32,000 bases of DNA from Methylorubrum extorquens (GCA_900234795.1 LT962688.1:300001-332000); one strand, 5' to 3'; positions 1 to 9,412 are shown, counted from the first letter of the stretch. Translations and numbers: made by a program. Notes: a model not told the origin generated them from the sequence alone.

Positions 1-162
1 TGGGGCGGGCCTTGAATATGCAATCACGCCGAACTTTCTTTTACGCGGCGAGTACCAATATGTACTATTCGATGATTTTGACGGACACAAAATCAACGTA
101 AACACAGTCCGCGGTGGCGCCGCCATCAAATTTTGACGCGTCCTCAAACCCAAAGGGCAGAC

Positions 163-420
163 ATGCGCCACGTGCTTCCGCTCGTCGCCGTCGGTATCGC
201 CGGCTTCTCCGCGGCACTCGCGTACGCGCAAGCCGGCGAGCATCACCGGCGCTCCACACTGAGTCCCGCCGTCACGGCACTCCCCCCAGAAATGCCCTAC
301 CGCGATCCGCGCCCGCGCTTTCGCGCGTCGCCGCCGGTCGAGCGGTTCGCCGTCCGGGCCTACGTGCCGCGGCCGACCAACCAGCCGATGTTCAACGAGC
401 CGCCACAGCCGTTGCGCTGA
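163..420 (+). CDS. small secreted proline-rich hypothetical protein
   Basis: The track ORF 133..420 begins at TTG. An internal ATG at 163 is preceded by AAAGGG. The N-terminus MRHVLPLVAVGIAGFSAALAYA/QA resembles a Sec signal peptide. Third codon positions are GC-rich, like the neighbouring genes. No family recognised. Confidence 0.45.
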   Translation: MRHVLPLVAVGIAGFSAALAYAQAGEHHRRSTLSPAVTALPPEMPYRDPRPRFRASPPVERFAVRAYVPRPTNQPMFNEPPQPLR

Positions 421-427
421 CGCGCGG

Positions 428-985
428 TCAACTGTCGAGCTCGCTGTCCCAGTAGAGATAGTCGAGCCAAGTGTGGTGATACTGGCGGTGGTCGAATTCC
501 GGTTGGCGGCGGTGCAGCTCGTGCCGCGTCGGCCGGTGCGGCTCGTTGAGCAGGGGCATCTCGGCCTCGTGCGGCGTGCGATTGGCCTTGCGCAGATTGC
601 ATGGCGAGCAGGCGGCCACGACGTTCTCCCAGGTGGAGAGGCCGCCGCGCGAGCGGGGCACGACGTGATCGAAGGTCAGCCCGCCCGAAGGGAGACGCAG
701 GCCGCAATACTGGCAGGAGAAGGTGTCGCGCAGGTAGATGTTGTAGCGGGTGAAGGCCGGGCTGCGGGCCAGCGCGACGTAGCTCTTGAGGGCGACCACG
801 CTCGGCACCTTAAGGGACCGGCTCGGACTGTGCGCCTCGACATCGTAGTTCGCCACCAGGGTGACGCGATCGAGGAACAGCGCCGTGAATGCGTCCTTCC
901 AAGACCACAACGAGAGCGGGTTGTAGGAAAGCGGCCTGTAATCCGCGTTGAGCACCAGGGTTTGCAGATCGATCATCGACGCCAC
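428..985 (-). CDS. HNH endonuclease family protein
   Basis: 185-aa ORF with CQYCG...FDHVVPRSRGG...WENVVAACSPCNLRKANR, the HNH / Cys-box nuclease signature. The start is ambiguous: GTG at 985 or ATG at 976. Confidence 0.8.
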   Translation of the reverse strand: MASMIDLQTLVLNADYRPLSYNPLSLWSWKDAFTALFLDRVTLVANYDVEAHSPSRSLKVPSVVALKSYVALARSPAFTRYNIYLRDTFSCQYCGLRLPSGGLTFDHVVPRSRGGLSTWENVVAACSPCNLRKANRTPHEAEMPLLNEPHRPTRHELHRRQPEFDHRQYHHTWLDYLYWDSELDS

Positions 986-1687
986 TCACTGCTCGTGACG
1001 GCGCCCCTCGGGCGCCTCGGCCTCGGACGCCGAAGGTCCGAAGGGCCATGCCGTACCCGCGACAGTCGGAGCCTACAGGGCGCCTCGGAACCGTGCCGGA
1101 GGGCATGACGCCCCGGCACGGTCGCGAGTCCGCAGGCTGTCGCGCGCGCTCGCGCCAAACCCATGGCCTCAGCGCGTCGCGCTCGGGCGGGTTGGCGGGA
1201 ATCGAAAGGTTGGGAGGGATCTTGACGCCAACAGCTTCCCCGACCGGCGAATCCTGCCGGTTCGAACCGAAGCGTGGCGGGGCGGACGATCAGCGCCGCC
1301 TCCTCGCTGCGTGAGGATATGGCCAAGTCCATCGCGGCTTAGTGTAATATCAGCGTGACAAGCTTGTGAAGGCGAACCGACCGTCCGTGACGTCGCGGCC
1401 AATGATTTTCCTTTGAATTGCGGTCGATCGCTCCGTTCCGCACGCTTTTGCCCCATTACGCGGGCAGACAGAGCTGGCCAACGCGCCGTTGTGCGTTGCA
1501 AAAAGTTTGGCGGCGCGCCTCTCGGCAAGTTACGCCGTGCCCCTAGCTCAAGGGCTATGCGGGATACCGAGCCCCATGAGCGCGGCGCAGACGGCTGTGG
1601 TCGCGCGACACCATCCGCGAACCGGCCGGCCAGGCTGCCCTGGCGCCGATCACCCGACGCGATCCCGTTCCCCCGCGAAGGACGACG

Positions 1688-4417
1688 ATGCTACGACACT
1701 CCCTTCTCACCCGTGTCCGCCACATGATGCGCAGCAAGGCCCTGATCGCGGCACTGACCGCGGCGGCTCTGCTGCCGAATGCGGCCGTGGGGCAGGGGAC
1801 TCCGCCCGGCGCGCAGGCTCCGGCCGCTCAGTCGGCACCGGCCCCGAAGCACCAGACGGCGGCGCCGCCGGCGAACGGGCAACCGCCTGCGACGGACGGG
1901 CAGGCCGCGCCGGCTCCCAAGCCGGCCGCGCCCAAGGTGCCCGTCTCGGAGGCGCTGCAAACGCTCCGCGACCGGCTCGACGCCATCAAGGCGGATCTCG
2001 AATCGCGGGAAAAGGCGATTTCCGGACAGAATGTCGGGGCAGGCGACCTGACCCGCGCTCGCGACGGGCTCGACCCGCTCGCCGACCGGCTGCGGTCGGT
2101 GATCGAGCTGCTCGGGCCGCGGCTGGAAGCCGCGCGCGAGCGGCTGACGCAAATCGGCCCGAAGCCGAAGGAGGGCGAGGAGGGCGAGGAGGTCGCGCGT
2201 GAGCGGGCCGAGCGCGAGCAGGCAGTCAACGACATCGACGGCACCCAGCGGCTGGCCAAGTCGCTGCTGGTGCAGAGCGACCAGATCGTCGATCAGATCT
2301 CGAATCGCCGTCGCGCCGCCTTCACCCGCGGCCTGTTCGAGCGCAGCTCCTCGCTGCTCAGCCCCGACCTGTGGATGCGGGTCGCCGCCGACATTCCGCG
2401 GGACCTCAGCTCGCTGCGCAGCGGCGTCGACGACACCGTCTCTCTGTTCCGCCGCAACGGCACCCTGTGGAACCTGCTGGTTCTCGGCCTCGCCTTCGGC
2501 CTGTCCTTCGCCCTGTATTTCGGACGCCGCAACATCGCCCCGGCGCTCGGCCGCCGGGACATCAACGTCACCACGCCGTCGAAGCGTGCCAAGCTTCTGG
2601 GTGCGTGGCGCGTGCTCCTGCTCGGCACGCTGCCGGCGCTGGCGGGCAGCTACGCGGTCTATTACGCCCTGGACGTCACCGAGTTGCTGCCCGCCCGGTT
2701 CCTGCCGGTCGCCAGCATCATTCTCGGCGGCATCGCCTTCATCGCCTTCGTCGAGGCGACCGCCGACGCGCTGCTCGCCGTCAACAAGCCGGCTTGGCGT
2801 CCGGCGCCGGTCTCGGACGCCGCGGCATGGCGGATCAACGCGCTCGCCGTCAGCATCGCCGTGGTCATCACGGTGTCGAAATCGACCGAGGCGCTGAACT
2901 CGGCGATCTATGCCGCGCTGCCGATCTCCATCGCCACCCGCGGCATCGGGGCCGTCACGGCCGCGCTGCTGCTGGCCATCGGCCTCCATCGTTTCGCCGA
3001 CACCGCGGAGAAGGAGGAGGAGTGCTTCGGCCCCTATGTCGGCACCGATACCTCGGCCAATATCGGCGGGCCGCTGCGGTTGCTCGGCTGGGTCGCGGTC
3101 GCGGTGATCGCGGTGGCCCCCTTCGTGGGCTACGTCGCCCTCTCGGCCTTCCTCGTCGATCAGTTAATCTGGAGCGCGAGCGTCCTCGTCCTGCTCTGGC
3201 TCCTCATCATGAGCGTCGATGTGCTGATCGGCGGCTCGCTGTGCGAGGAGACCCGCCTCGCCACCACGCTCCAGGCCAATACCGGGCTGCGCAAGCGCTC
3301 GCTCAACCAGATCGCGGTGCTGGTGACGGGTTTCGGCCGGGTCGTGCTGATCGCCGTCGCGGCGCTCCTGACGCTCGCGCCCTGGGGGCTCGATTCGACG
3401 GACGTGTTCTCCTCGATCCGCACGGCCTTCTTCGGCTTCAAGGTCGGCGACGTCACGATCTCGCTGTCCTCTATCGCCTACGGCATCGGCATCCTCGGGG
3501 TCGGCGTGTTCATCACCCGCGGCGTGCAGCGCTGGCTGGAGAACACTTACCTTCCGGCGACCGACCTCGATGCCGGCCTGCGCAACTCGATCTCGACGGT
3601 CGCGGGTTATGTCGGCTTCCTGGTCGCCCTGGCGCTGTCCTTCTCGTATCTGGGCCTCAGCCTCGAGAAGCTCACCATCGTCGCCGGCGCGCTCTCGGTC
3701 GGTATCGGTTTCGGTCTTCAGTCGATCGTCAACAACTTCGTCTCGGGCTTGCTGCTGCTTTGGGAGCGTCCGATCCGGGTCGGCGATCAGGTGCTGATCG
3801 GCGACAGCGAGGGCATCGTGAAGCGGATCTCGGTGCGCTCCACCGAAATCCAGACCTTCGACCGCTCGGCCGTGATCGTGCCGAACTCGAACTTAATCTC
3901 GGGCATCGTGAAGAACCGCGTGCGCGGCGACCGCACCGGCCGGGTCATCCTCTCCGTCAGCGTCCTGCGCAGCAAGGATCCGGTCCAGGCCGCCGAGATG
4001 ATGGTCGCCTGCGCCAAGGCCCATCCGGACGTGCTCAAGGAGCCGCCGCCGCGGGTGGTGTTCAAGAAGATCGGCGATCCCTTCCTGGAGTTCGAGCTGG
4101 TCGCCATGGTGGTCGACGTCAACCTCGGCCAAAAGGTGCAGAGCGACCTCAATTTCTCGGTGTTCAAGACCCTTGCCGATGCGGAGTTCATCCCGCCGAT
4201 GGGTCCGGCTTCGAGCTTCATCACCGTCCAGGGTCTGGAACCGGTCCGCGACGCGCTCGGACAGATCGCTCACGCGGTCGGCAGCTCGACCACGCAGGTG
4301 ATCGCGCCCGCGGCCTCCGGAGCGGACGATGCCAGGAAGAGTTCGGCGCCGGAGGAAACCGCTCCCCGCAGTCCGGCGAACGAATCGCAGGATGTGAACC
4401 GTCGGCGCCACGGATAG
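1688..4417 (+). CDS. large mechanosensitive ion channel, MscS family (MscK/KefA-like)
   Basis: 909-aa ORF with AAGGA 6 nt upstream of the ATG. It has a signal-like segment MMRSKALIAALTAAALLPNAAVG, an Ala/Pro-rich stretch, a charged helical region and many TM helices. The C-terminal MscS core reads GFGLQSIVNNFVSGLLLLWERPIRVGDQVLIGDSEGIVKRISVRSTEIQTFDRSAVIVPNSNLISG. A 2 x 9-nt tandem repeat GAGGGCGAG lies at 2171-2188. Confidence 0.85.
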   Translation: MLRHSLLTRVRHMMRSKALIAALTAAALLPNAAVGQGTPPGAQAPAAQSAPAPKHQTAAPPANGQPPATDGQAAPAPKPAAPKVPVSEALQTLRDRLDAIKADLESREKAISGQNVGAGDLTRARDGLDPLADRLRSVIELLGPRLEAARERLTQIGPKPKEGEEGEEVARERAEREQAVNDIDGTQRLAKSLLVQSDQIVDQISNRRRAAFTRGLFERSSSLLSPDLWMRVAADIPRDLSSLRSGVDDTVSLFRRNGTLWNLLVLGLAFGLSFALYFGRRNIAPALGRRDINVTTPSKRAKLLGAWRVLLLGTLPALAGSYAVYYALDVTELLPARFLPVASIILGGIAFIAFVEATADALLAVNKPAWRPAPVSDAAAWRINALAVSIAVVITVSKSTEALNSAIYAALPISIATRGIGAVTAALLLAIGLHRFADTAEKEEECFGPYVGTDTSANIGGPLRLLGWVAVAVIAVAPFVGYVALSAFLVDQLIWSASVLVLLWLLIMSVDVLIGGSLCEETRLATTLQANTGLRKRSLNQIAVLVTGFGRVVLIAVAALLTLAPWGLDSTDVFSSIRTAFFGFKVGDVTISLSSIAYGIGILGVGVFITRGVQRWLENTYLPATDLDAGLRNSISTVAGYVGFLVALALSFSYLGLSLEKLTIVAGALSVGIGFGLQSIVNNFVSGLLLLWERPIRVGDQVLIGDSEGIVKRISVRSTEIQTFDRSAVIVPNSNLISGIVKNRVRGDRTGRVILSVSVLRSKDPVQAAEMMVACAKAHPDVLKEPPPRVVFKKIGDPFLEFELVAMVVDVNLGQKVQSDLNFSVFKTLADAEFIPPMGPASSFITVQGLEPVRDALGQIAHAVGSSTTQVIAPAASGADDARKSSAPEETAPRSPANESQDVNRRRHG

Positions 4418-4443
4418 GCACGAGCGACCTTCGGAAAAACGCA

Positions 4444-4470
4444 GCCGGCCCTGAGGATATCGGGGCCGGC
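4444..4470 (+). terminator. GC-rich hairpin downstream of the channel gene (possible terminator, no U-tract)
   Basis: GCCGGCCC (4444-4451) pairs perfectly with GGGCCGGC (4463-4470) around an 11-nt loop, 27 nt after the stop codon. No T-run follows. Confidence 0.3.
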
Positions 4471-4541
4471 GGTACCGATACACTTGAGTTTACCGGGCGC
4501 AGGGGCCACCTCATTCCCCTGTTCACCGGAAAGCCGTTGTC

Positions 4542-5048
4542 GTGCTCGGACGTCAGACCTTCCTTGCCGCGACTGCGGTCCTCGCTCTCGTCGCCCTGCT
4601 TCAGGGTTGCGCGGGGAAGATGACGCCCGACACGACCGGGCTGCCGAGCATGTATCTGCCGCTCACCACGGGCAGCACCGCGGTGGATACGGCGGCGGCC
4701 CGGGACATGATCTCGGCCTATCGCAGCAACAACGGCGCCGCCCCGCTCGTCATCGACCCCGAATTGCAACGGCTCGCCGAGACCGAGGCCGCCGCCATGG
4801 CCGCCTCCGATCGCCCGAGCAAGAGCCAGACGGTGCGCGCCGCCGTGACCCGGCTCGGCTATGACGGGGCGGATGCGAACCTCTCGGCAGGCTACCACAC
4901 GCTCGCAGAGGCGTTCTCGGGCTGGCGCGACAGCCCTCCGCACCGGGCGGTCATGCTGTCTCCCGAGGCGACGCGGATGGGCATCGCCACCGCTTACGCG
5001 CCGGGCTCCAAATACAAGGTCTACTGGGCGCTGCTGGTCGCCAAGTAG
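4542..5048 (+). CDS. CAP/SCP (PR-1-like) domain lipoprotein
   Basis: GTG start. The signal peptide ends in the lipobox-like LLQGC. The C-terminal half, YHTLAEAFSGWRDSPPHRAVMLSPEATRMGIA, is typical of bacterial CAP-domain proteins. Confidence 0.7.
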   Translation: MLGRQTFLAATAVLALVALLQGCAGKMTPDTTGLPSMYLPLTTGSTAVDTAAARDMISAYRSNNGAAPLVIDPELQRLAETEAAAMAASDRPSKSQTVRAAVTRLGYDGADANLSAGYHTLAEAFSGWRDSPPHRAVMLSPEATRMGIATAYAPGSKYKVYWALLVAK

Positions 5049-5069
5049 CCGCGTTCGGCGCAGAGGCCC

Positions 5070-5903
5070 TCAGGGTACGGCTTTACCGTTTGGCGTCGGC
5101 GGCGGCTCGGCGAGAAGCGTGACCGTGACCCGGCGATTGGCCGCGAGATAGGGATTGTCGGGAAACATCGGTTCGGTGTCTGCCTTGCCCGTGACCGAGG
5201 CGAAGCGATCATCCGGCAGGCCGGCGCCCGCAAGGACGTCGCGCACGCTCAGGGCGCGGTTGGCCGAGAGTTCCCAGGGCGGAGCGGTGTCGCGGGTGCC
5301 GGGACGGGTGGTCGCGGTGAAGCCGGTCACGGCGATGCGGTTCGGCAGCTTCATCAGCGTCGGCGCCAAGCGTTCGAGCAGCCGGCGGGTGCGGTCGTCG
5401 GGGCGGCTCGATCCTTCGGGGAACATCGAGCGGCCGTCCTGATCGACGATGGAGACGTCGAGCCCCTTCCGGGTCGGCGCGATGATGACGTTCTTCGACA
5501 GCTCCGCCACTTCCGGCATGTCCTGCATCGCCTGCCGCAGGGAGGCGGCGGCCTGGCCGAAGGCGTCGGGATAGCCGCGGTCGGGGATGCCGTCGTCGAG
5601 GCCGCTATCGATCTGCGGTGGCGTCGTGCGATCGGTGGCGCGCTCGGGCGGCACGTCGCGCAGGTGCTTGAACTTGTCCGCGGTCGGAATTCCTTCGCTC
5701 TCTAGGATGCCGGCGAACTTCGATTCCTTGTTCACGCCGAAGGCGTCGCGCATCGAGCCGGCGACGACCTGGAGTTTCTTCTGATCCTGCGTCGAGTAGG
5801 CGGCGATCATGACGAAGAAGCTCATCAGGAGCGCCATCAAGTCGGCGAAGGTCACGAACCAGCCGTGACCGCCATGGGCGCCGCCGCGCTTCTTCTTGGC
5901 CAC
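5070..5903 (-). CDS. motB: flagellar-type stator protein MotB (OmpA/MotB family)
   Basis: 277 aa. The N-terminal basic tail plus TM reads GWFVTFADLMALLMSFFVMI, with the conserved Asp. The C-terminal OmpA-like peptidoglycan-binding region ends ANRRVTVTL. It lies 14 nt downstream of motA. Confidence 0.8.
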   Translation of the reverse strand: MAKKKRGGAHGGHGWFVTFADLMALLMSFFVMIAAYSTQDQKKLQVVAGSMRDAFGVNKESKFAGILESEGIPTADKFKHLRDVPPERATDRTTPPQIDSGLDDGIPDRGYPDAFGQAAASLRQAMQDMPEVAELSKNVIIAPTRKGLDVSIVDQDGRSMFPEGSSRPDDRTRRLLERLAPTLMKLPNRIAVTGFTATTRPGTRDTAPPWELSANRALSVRDVLAGAGLPDDRFASVTGKADTEPMFPDNPYLAANRRVTVTLLAEPPPTPNGKAVP

Positions 5904-5917
5904 CGCTCAAACCCCCG

Positions 5918-6691
5918 TTACGCCGCTTCCGCAGCGAGTTCTTCGCGGTGGTTGGCCGGCAGGTAGGCGATGAGCATCTCGCGCACCAGCGAGGGGCTCT
6001 TCTGATCGCGGATCAGCAGGATGCCGTCGATAATGAGGGAGCGCGAGACGTCCTCCTCCTCGAGCTTGACGTGCAGCTTGTCGGCGATCGGCAGGGTGAT
6101 CATGTTGGCGATCAGCGCGCCGTAGAGGGTGGCGAGCAGCGCGGTCGCCATGGCGGGGCCGAGCTTCGAGGGATCGGACATGTTGGCAAACATCGTCACC
6201 ATGCCGAGGATGGTGCCGATCATGCCCCAGGCCGGGGCGCAGTCGCCGAAGGCGCGGTAGATCTTCGAGCCCTCATCGAGATGCATCAGGAAGTTGTCGC
6301 GGTCGCGCTCCATCGTGTCACGAATGAAGTCGCGATCGTAGCCGTCGGCGATGTAGCGCGCGCCCTGGGCCAGGAACGGATCGGAAATCTCCATGTTTTC
6401 CAAGGCGATCGGGCCGGACTTGCGCACGACGTCGGCGATCTTGGTGATCTCTTCGATCAGCTCGTGCGGCTTCACCGAGCGCATAGTGAAAGCGTAGCGC
6501 AGGCCCATCGGCAGGCCGTGCAGCATGGTCGAGAAGGGAAAGCGGATCATCGTCGCGGCGATCGCGCCGCCGAAGATGACGATCACGGCGTGTTTGTCGA
6601 AGTAGGCCGCGAAGTTGCCGCCGTCGATCATGATCAGCGTGAACACCACGCCGACCCCGCCGACAAGCCCGATACCGGTTGCGAGATCCAT
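5918..6691 (-). CDS. motA: stator proton-channel protein MotA/PomA (MotA/TolQ/ExbB family)
   Basis: 257 aa with four predicted TM helices and the conserved C-terminal channel segment GPAMATALLATLYGALIANMITLPIADKL. An in-frame TAG upstream leaves the ATG at 6691 as the only plausible start. Confidence 0.8.
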   Translation of the reverse strand: MDLATGIGLVGGVGVVFTLIMIDGGNFAAYFDKHAVIVIFGGAIAATMIRFPFSTMLHGLPMGLRYAFTMRSVKPHELIEEITKIADVVRKSGPIALENMEISDPFLAQGARYIADGYDRDFIRDTMERDRDNFLMHLDEGSKIYRAFGDCAPAWGMIGTILGMVTMFANMSDPSKLGPAMATALLATLYGALIANMITLPIADKLHVKLEEEDVSRSLIIDGILLIRDQKSPSLVREMLIAYLPANHREELAAEAA

Positions 6692-6961
6692 GACGCCGAT
6701 GTCCGAAGCCCGGCCAATCGTGCAGGCCGTCCTTAACTTCTAAAAAAACAGGCTGAAGGAACGGTAAAGGGGCTTGGAGGAAGCGACCGTTCCCCGTCAT
6801 GTGCCGTTCAGGGGCGGGCAGCCATAAGTCCCCGTGCCGATTGACCGAGTGGCCCTGCGCGGAGAACCGCAGGCTCTCGGTGGGGCGGCGCCGGGACGTT
6901 CCGGTTCCAACGTTGAGATCCCCACGGCTTGTGGCCGGACGGGGCGGGGAGCGAAAGCACG

Positions 6962-8734
6962 ATGTCGATGATTCGCCTCTATGCGCGGGTGCTCGGCCTG
7001 CTGGGAGCGGAAAAGCGGCTGGCCGCCGGCTTGATCGCGGCCAATGTCGCGCTCGCGGTGGCAGCCTTTGCCGAGCCGCTGATCATGGGCCGCATCATCG
7101 ACGGCCTGACCCATCTCTCCAAGGACGCGCCCGCCACTGCGCTGGCGCCCTGGATCATCGCATGGGTCGTGTTCGGCCTGTTCACCATCGGAGCGGGCGT
7201 CGCGATCGCCCTGCATTCCGACCGGCTCGCCCACCGCAACCGGCTCTCGACCATGGCGAACTTCTTCGAGCACGTGCTCGAACTGCCGATCGCCTTCCAT
7301 TCGTCCAACCATTCCGGCCGCGTGCTGAAGGCGATGCTGGAAGGCACGAATGCCATGGCCTGGGTCTGGCTCAACTTCTTCCGCGAGCACTTCTCCGCGC
7401 TGCTGTCGGTCGGCGTGCTCCTGCCGCTGACGCTGTTCGTGAACTGGCGGCTCGGCGCGATCCTCGTCGTGCTGGTTCTCGCCTTCACGGCGCTCGCCAG
7501 CTACGTGCTGCGCCGGACCGAGACGCTCCAGGGCGAGGTCGAGGAGTTCCAGTCGGGACTGGCTGCCCACGCCTCCGACGCGCTCGGCAACGTCGCGGTG
7601 ATCCAGTCCTTCACCCGTGCGCGCGCCGAGAAGGAGGCGATGCGCACCATCATCCAGGACCTGCTCCGCGTTCAGATCCCGGTCCTGTCGTGGTGGGCGC
7701 TGGCCAACGTCGCCACCCGCGCCTCCGGCACGCTGACCATGACCGCCATCTTCATCACCGGCATCGCCCTGCACCAGAAGGGCGCGGCCACGGTCGGCGA
7801 GATCGTCGCCTTCATGAGCCTCGCCACCATGCTCGTGACCAAGCTCGACCACGTCGTGACCTTCGTGAACGGCGTGTTCATGCAGGCTCCGAAGATGCGC
7901 GAGTTCTTCGAGGTGTTCGACACCGTGCCGACCGTCCGCGACCGGCCGCATGCCAAGCAGGTCGCCCGGTTCGAGGGCGAGGTGACCTTCGACGAGGTCG
8001 CCTTCTCCTATGACGGCCGCCGCAGCGCGCTCGACGGCGTGTCCTTCTCCGCCCGCCCCGGCGAGACGGTGGCGCTCGTCGGCACCACGGGTTCGGGCAA
8101 GTCCACCACCCTGGGCCTGCTGCACCGGACCTTCGATCCCGATGCCGGCGCCATCCGCATCGACGGCATCGACATCCGCGACATCGGCCTGTCGAGCCTG
8201 CGCCACAACATCGGCGTCGTCTTCCAGGAGCCGATGCTGTTCAATCGCTCGATCCGCGAGAACCTCCAGGTCGGCCGCCCCGACGCGACCGATGCCGAGA
8301 TGCTCGACGCCCTCGATCGGGCACAGGCCAGCGAGTTCATGGCGCGCCAGCCCGATGGACTCGACACGATCATCGGCGAGCGTGGCCGGTCGCTGTCCGG
8401 CGGCGAGCGCCAGCGCCTCTCGATCGCGCGGGCGTTGCTGAAGAACCCGCCGATGCTGATCCTCGACGAGGCGACCAGCGCCCTCGATGCGGCGACCGAG
8501 CGCAAGCTGCAGCAGGCGCTGGAGACGGTGATGGAGGGACGCACCACCTTCGTGATCGCGCACCGCCTCGCCACGATCCGCAACGCCGACCGAATCCTCG
8601 TGTTCGAGAACGGCAAGATCGTCGAGGCCGGCAATTTCGACGAGTTGGTCGCCCTCAACCAGCGCTTCGCCACGCTCGCCCGGGCTCAGTTCATGGCGGC
8701 CGAGGCCGAGGACGACATGCCGCTGGCCGCCTGA
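6962..8734 (+). CDS. ndvA: ABC exporter with fused permease and ATPase, NdvA/ChvA-like (cyclic beta-1,2-glucan export)
   Basis: Six-TM exporter domain followed by Walker A GTTGSGKST, the ABC signature LSGGERQR and Walker B ILDEATSALD. N-terminal and TM-domain strings (AEPLIMGRIID, DRLAHRNR, PVLSWWALANVATRASG, NRSIRENL) match my recollection of NdvA/ChvA. The ATG at 6962 is preferred over the GTG at 6929. Confidence 0.7.
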   Translation: MSMIRLYARVLGLLGAEKRLAAGLIAANVALAVAAFAEPLIMGRIIDGLTHLSKDAPATALAPWIIAWVVFGLFTIGAGVAIALHSDRLAHRNRLSTMANFFEHVLELPIAFHSSNHSGRVLKAMLEGTNAMAWVWLNFFREHFSALLSVGVLLPLTLFVNWRLGAILVVLVLAFTALASYVLRRTETLQGEVEEFQSGLAAHASDALGNVAVIQSFTRARAEKEAMRTIIQDLLRVQIPVLSWWALANVATRASGTLTMTAIFITGIALHQKGAATVGEIVAFMSLATMLVTKLDHVVTFVNGVFMQAPKMREFFEVFDTVPTVRDRPHAKQVARFEGEVTFDEVAFSYDGRRSALDGVSFSARPGETVALVGTTGSGKSTTLGLLHRTFDPDAGAIRIDGIDIRDIGLSSLRHNIGVVFQEPMLFNRSIRENLQVGRPDATDAEMLDALDRAQASEFMARQPDGLDTIIGERGRSLSGGERQRLSIARALLKNPPMLILDEATSALDAATERKLQQALETVMEGRTTFVIAHRLATIRNADRILVFENGKIVEAGNFDELVALNQRFATLARAQFMAAEAEDDMPLAA

Positions 8735-8758
8735 GGCGAGCCAGACCCAAACGAAAGA

Positions 8759-8781
8759 TCCGGCGCGGTCGAAGCGCCGGA
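8759..8781 (+). terminator. hairpin after ndvA (possible terminator)
   Basis: TCCGGCGC (8759-8766) pairs with GCGCCGGA (8774-8781) around a 7-nt loop, 25 nt after the stop. A second stem, CGCCCC (8798-8803) with GGGGCG (8819-8824), is followed by TCATTGTTTC and lies between the convergent genes. Confidence 0.3.
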
Positions 8782-8845
8782 CACCACACACAAATTCGCC
8801 CCCGCTCGCGTCGCGATCGGGGCGTCATTGTTTCAGGCTCAGGCT

Positions 8846-9412
8846 TTACGGCCTTGCGGGAATCCGCGTGACGGTGCAGGAGAGGTTCTCCGGAGCCGGA
8901 GCCTGCATCGCGTCGAACGTCGTCTCGTCGAGTTCCAGAACCGGCAGGGCGTCGAGTTCGGCCGGAAGCGCAGCCATGGGTTTCGGAGCCGGAGCCGGTG
9001 CAGCCGCCAGAGAGGCAGCCCGCGGCATTTCCTCGGAAGCCTCGACTGCGGGCGACGCCGAGGACGGCGTTTCGACCGCAACCGGAAGCTCGGGCGCCGG
9101 CGTGACCTGCGGTGCGAGTGCGGCGCCGACGATGCGGGCAGGCTGCAAGGCGTCCGAAATCGACTCGGCGACCGGCGCAGCGGTGATGTGAGGCGCGACG
9201 GCGGGGCTCGAATGGATCTGCGATGCGATCGTCCAAGTCGCGACGAGCGAAAGGCCGATCACGCCGAGACTCACGCCCCAGACCGGCCTCCGGCTGCGCC
9301 GTTCGAGCGACTTCAGCGGCCCCGGCAAGATACGGCTACGCCGCAGAGCGGGGCGCGACTGACGGAGCTGCGGCCAGGAATCCCGCATGGCGGCGTCTTC
9401 GGCTCCTACCAT
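8846..9412 (-). CDS. hypothetical single-pass membrane protein, Ala/Pro-rich C-terminal region
   Basis: The track ORF 8846..9553 would overlap the pgl stop. The internal ATG at 9412 has GGAG 8 nt upstream. It has one TM helix, VWGVSLGVIGLSLVATWTIASQI, and GC-rich third codon positions. No family recognised. Confidence 0.45.
   Translation of the reverse strand: MVGAEDAAMRDSWPQLRQSRPALRRSRILPGPLKSLERRSRRPVWGVSLGVIGLSLVATWTIASQIHSSPAVAPHITAAPVAESISDALQPARIVGAALAPQVTPAPELPVAVETPSSASPAVEASEEMPRAASLAAAPAPAPKPMAALPAELDALPVLELDETTFDAMQAPAPENLSCTVTRIPARP

Noticed and set aside
1259-1314. Possible tmRNA (ssrA). GGTTCGAACC (1259-1268) resembles a T-loop, and a nearby frame ends ...ADDQRRLLAA-stop (1282-1314), resembling a proteolysis tag.
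   Set aside because: GGTTCGAACC is a self-complementary palindrome with no flanking 5-bp T-stem on either strand, and there is no acceptor stem or CCA context. The distance from the T-loop-like element to the tag-like frame (about 15 nt) fits neither one-piece nor permuted two-piece tmRNA. Ala-rich C-termini are common by chance in GC-rich off-frames.
2371-4623. 750-aa plus-strand ORF overlapping the mechanosensitive channel gene in another frame. Similar cases are 10058..11410, 17761..19317, 13958..15157 and 23643..25496.
   Set aside because: These are off-frame read-throughs of real genes. They have Arg/Pro-dominated composition and no recognisable motifs.
5070-6691. motA/motB-like pair as part of a Zorya-type or other stator-based defence system.
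   Set aside because: MotA here is a standard 257-aa four-TM protein without the long cytoplasmic tail of ZorA. No nuclease or helicase partner genes are adjacent. The HNH gene at 428-985 is 4 kb away and separated by unrelated genes.
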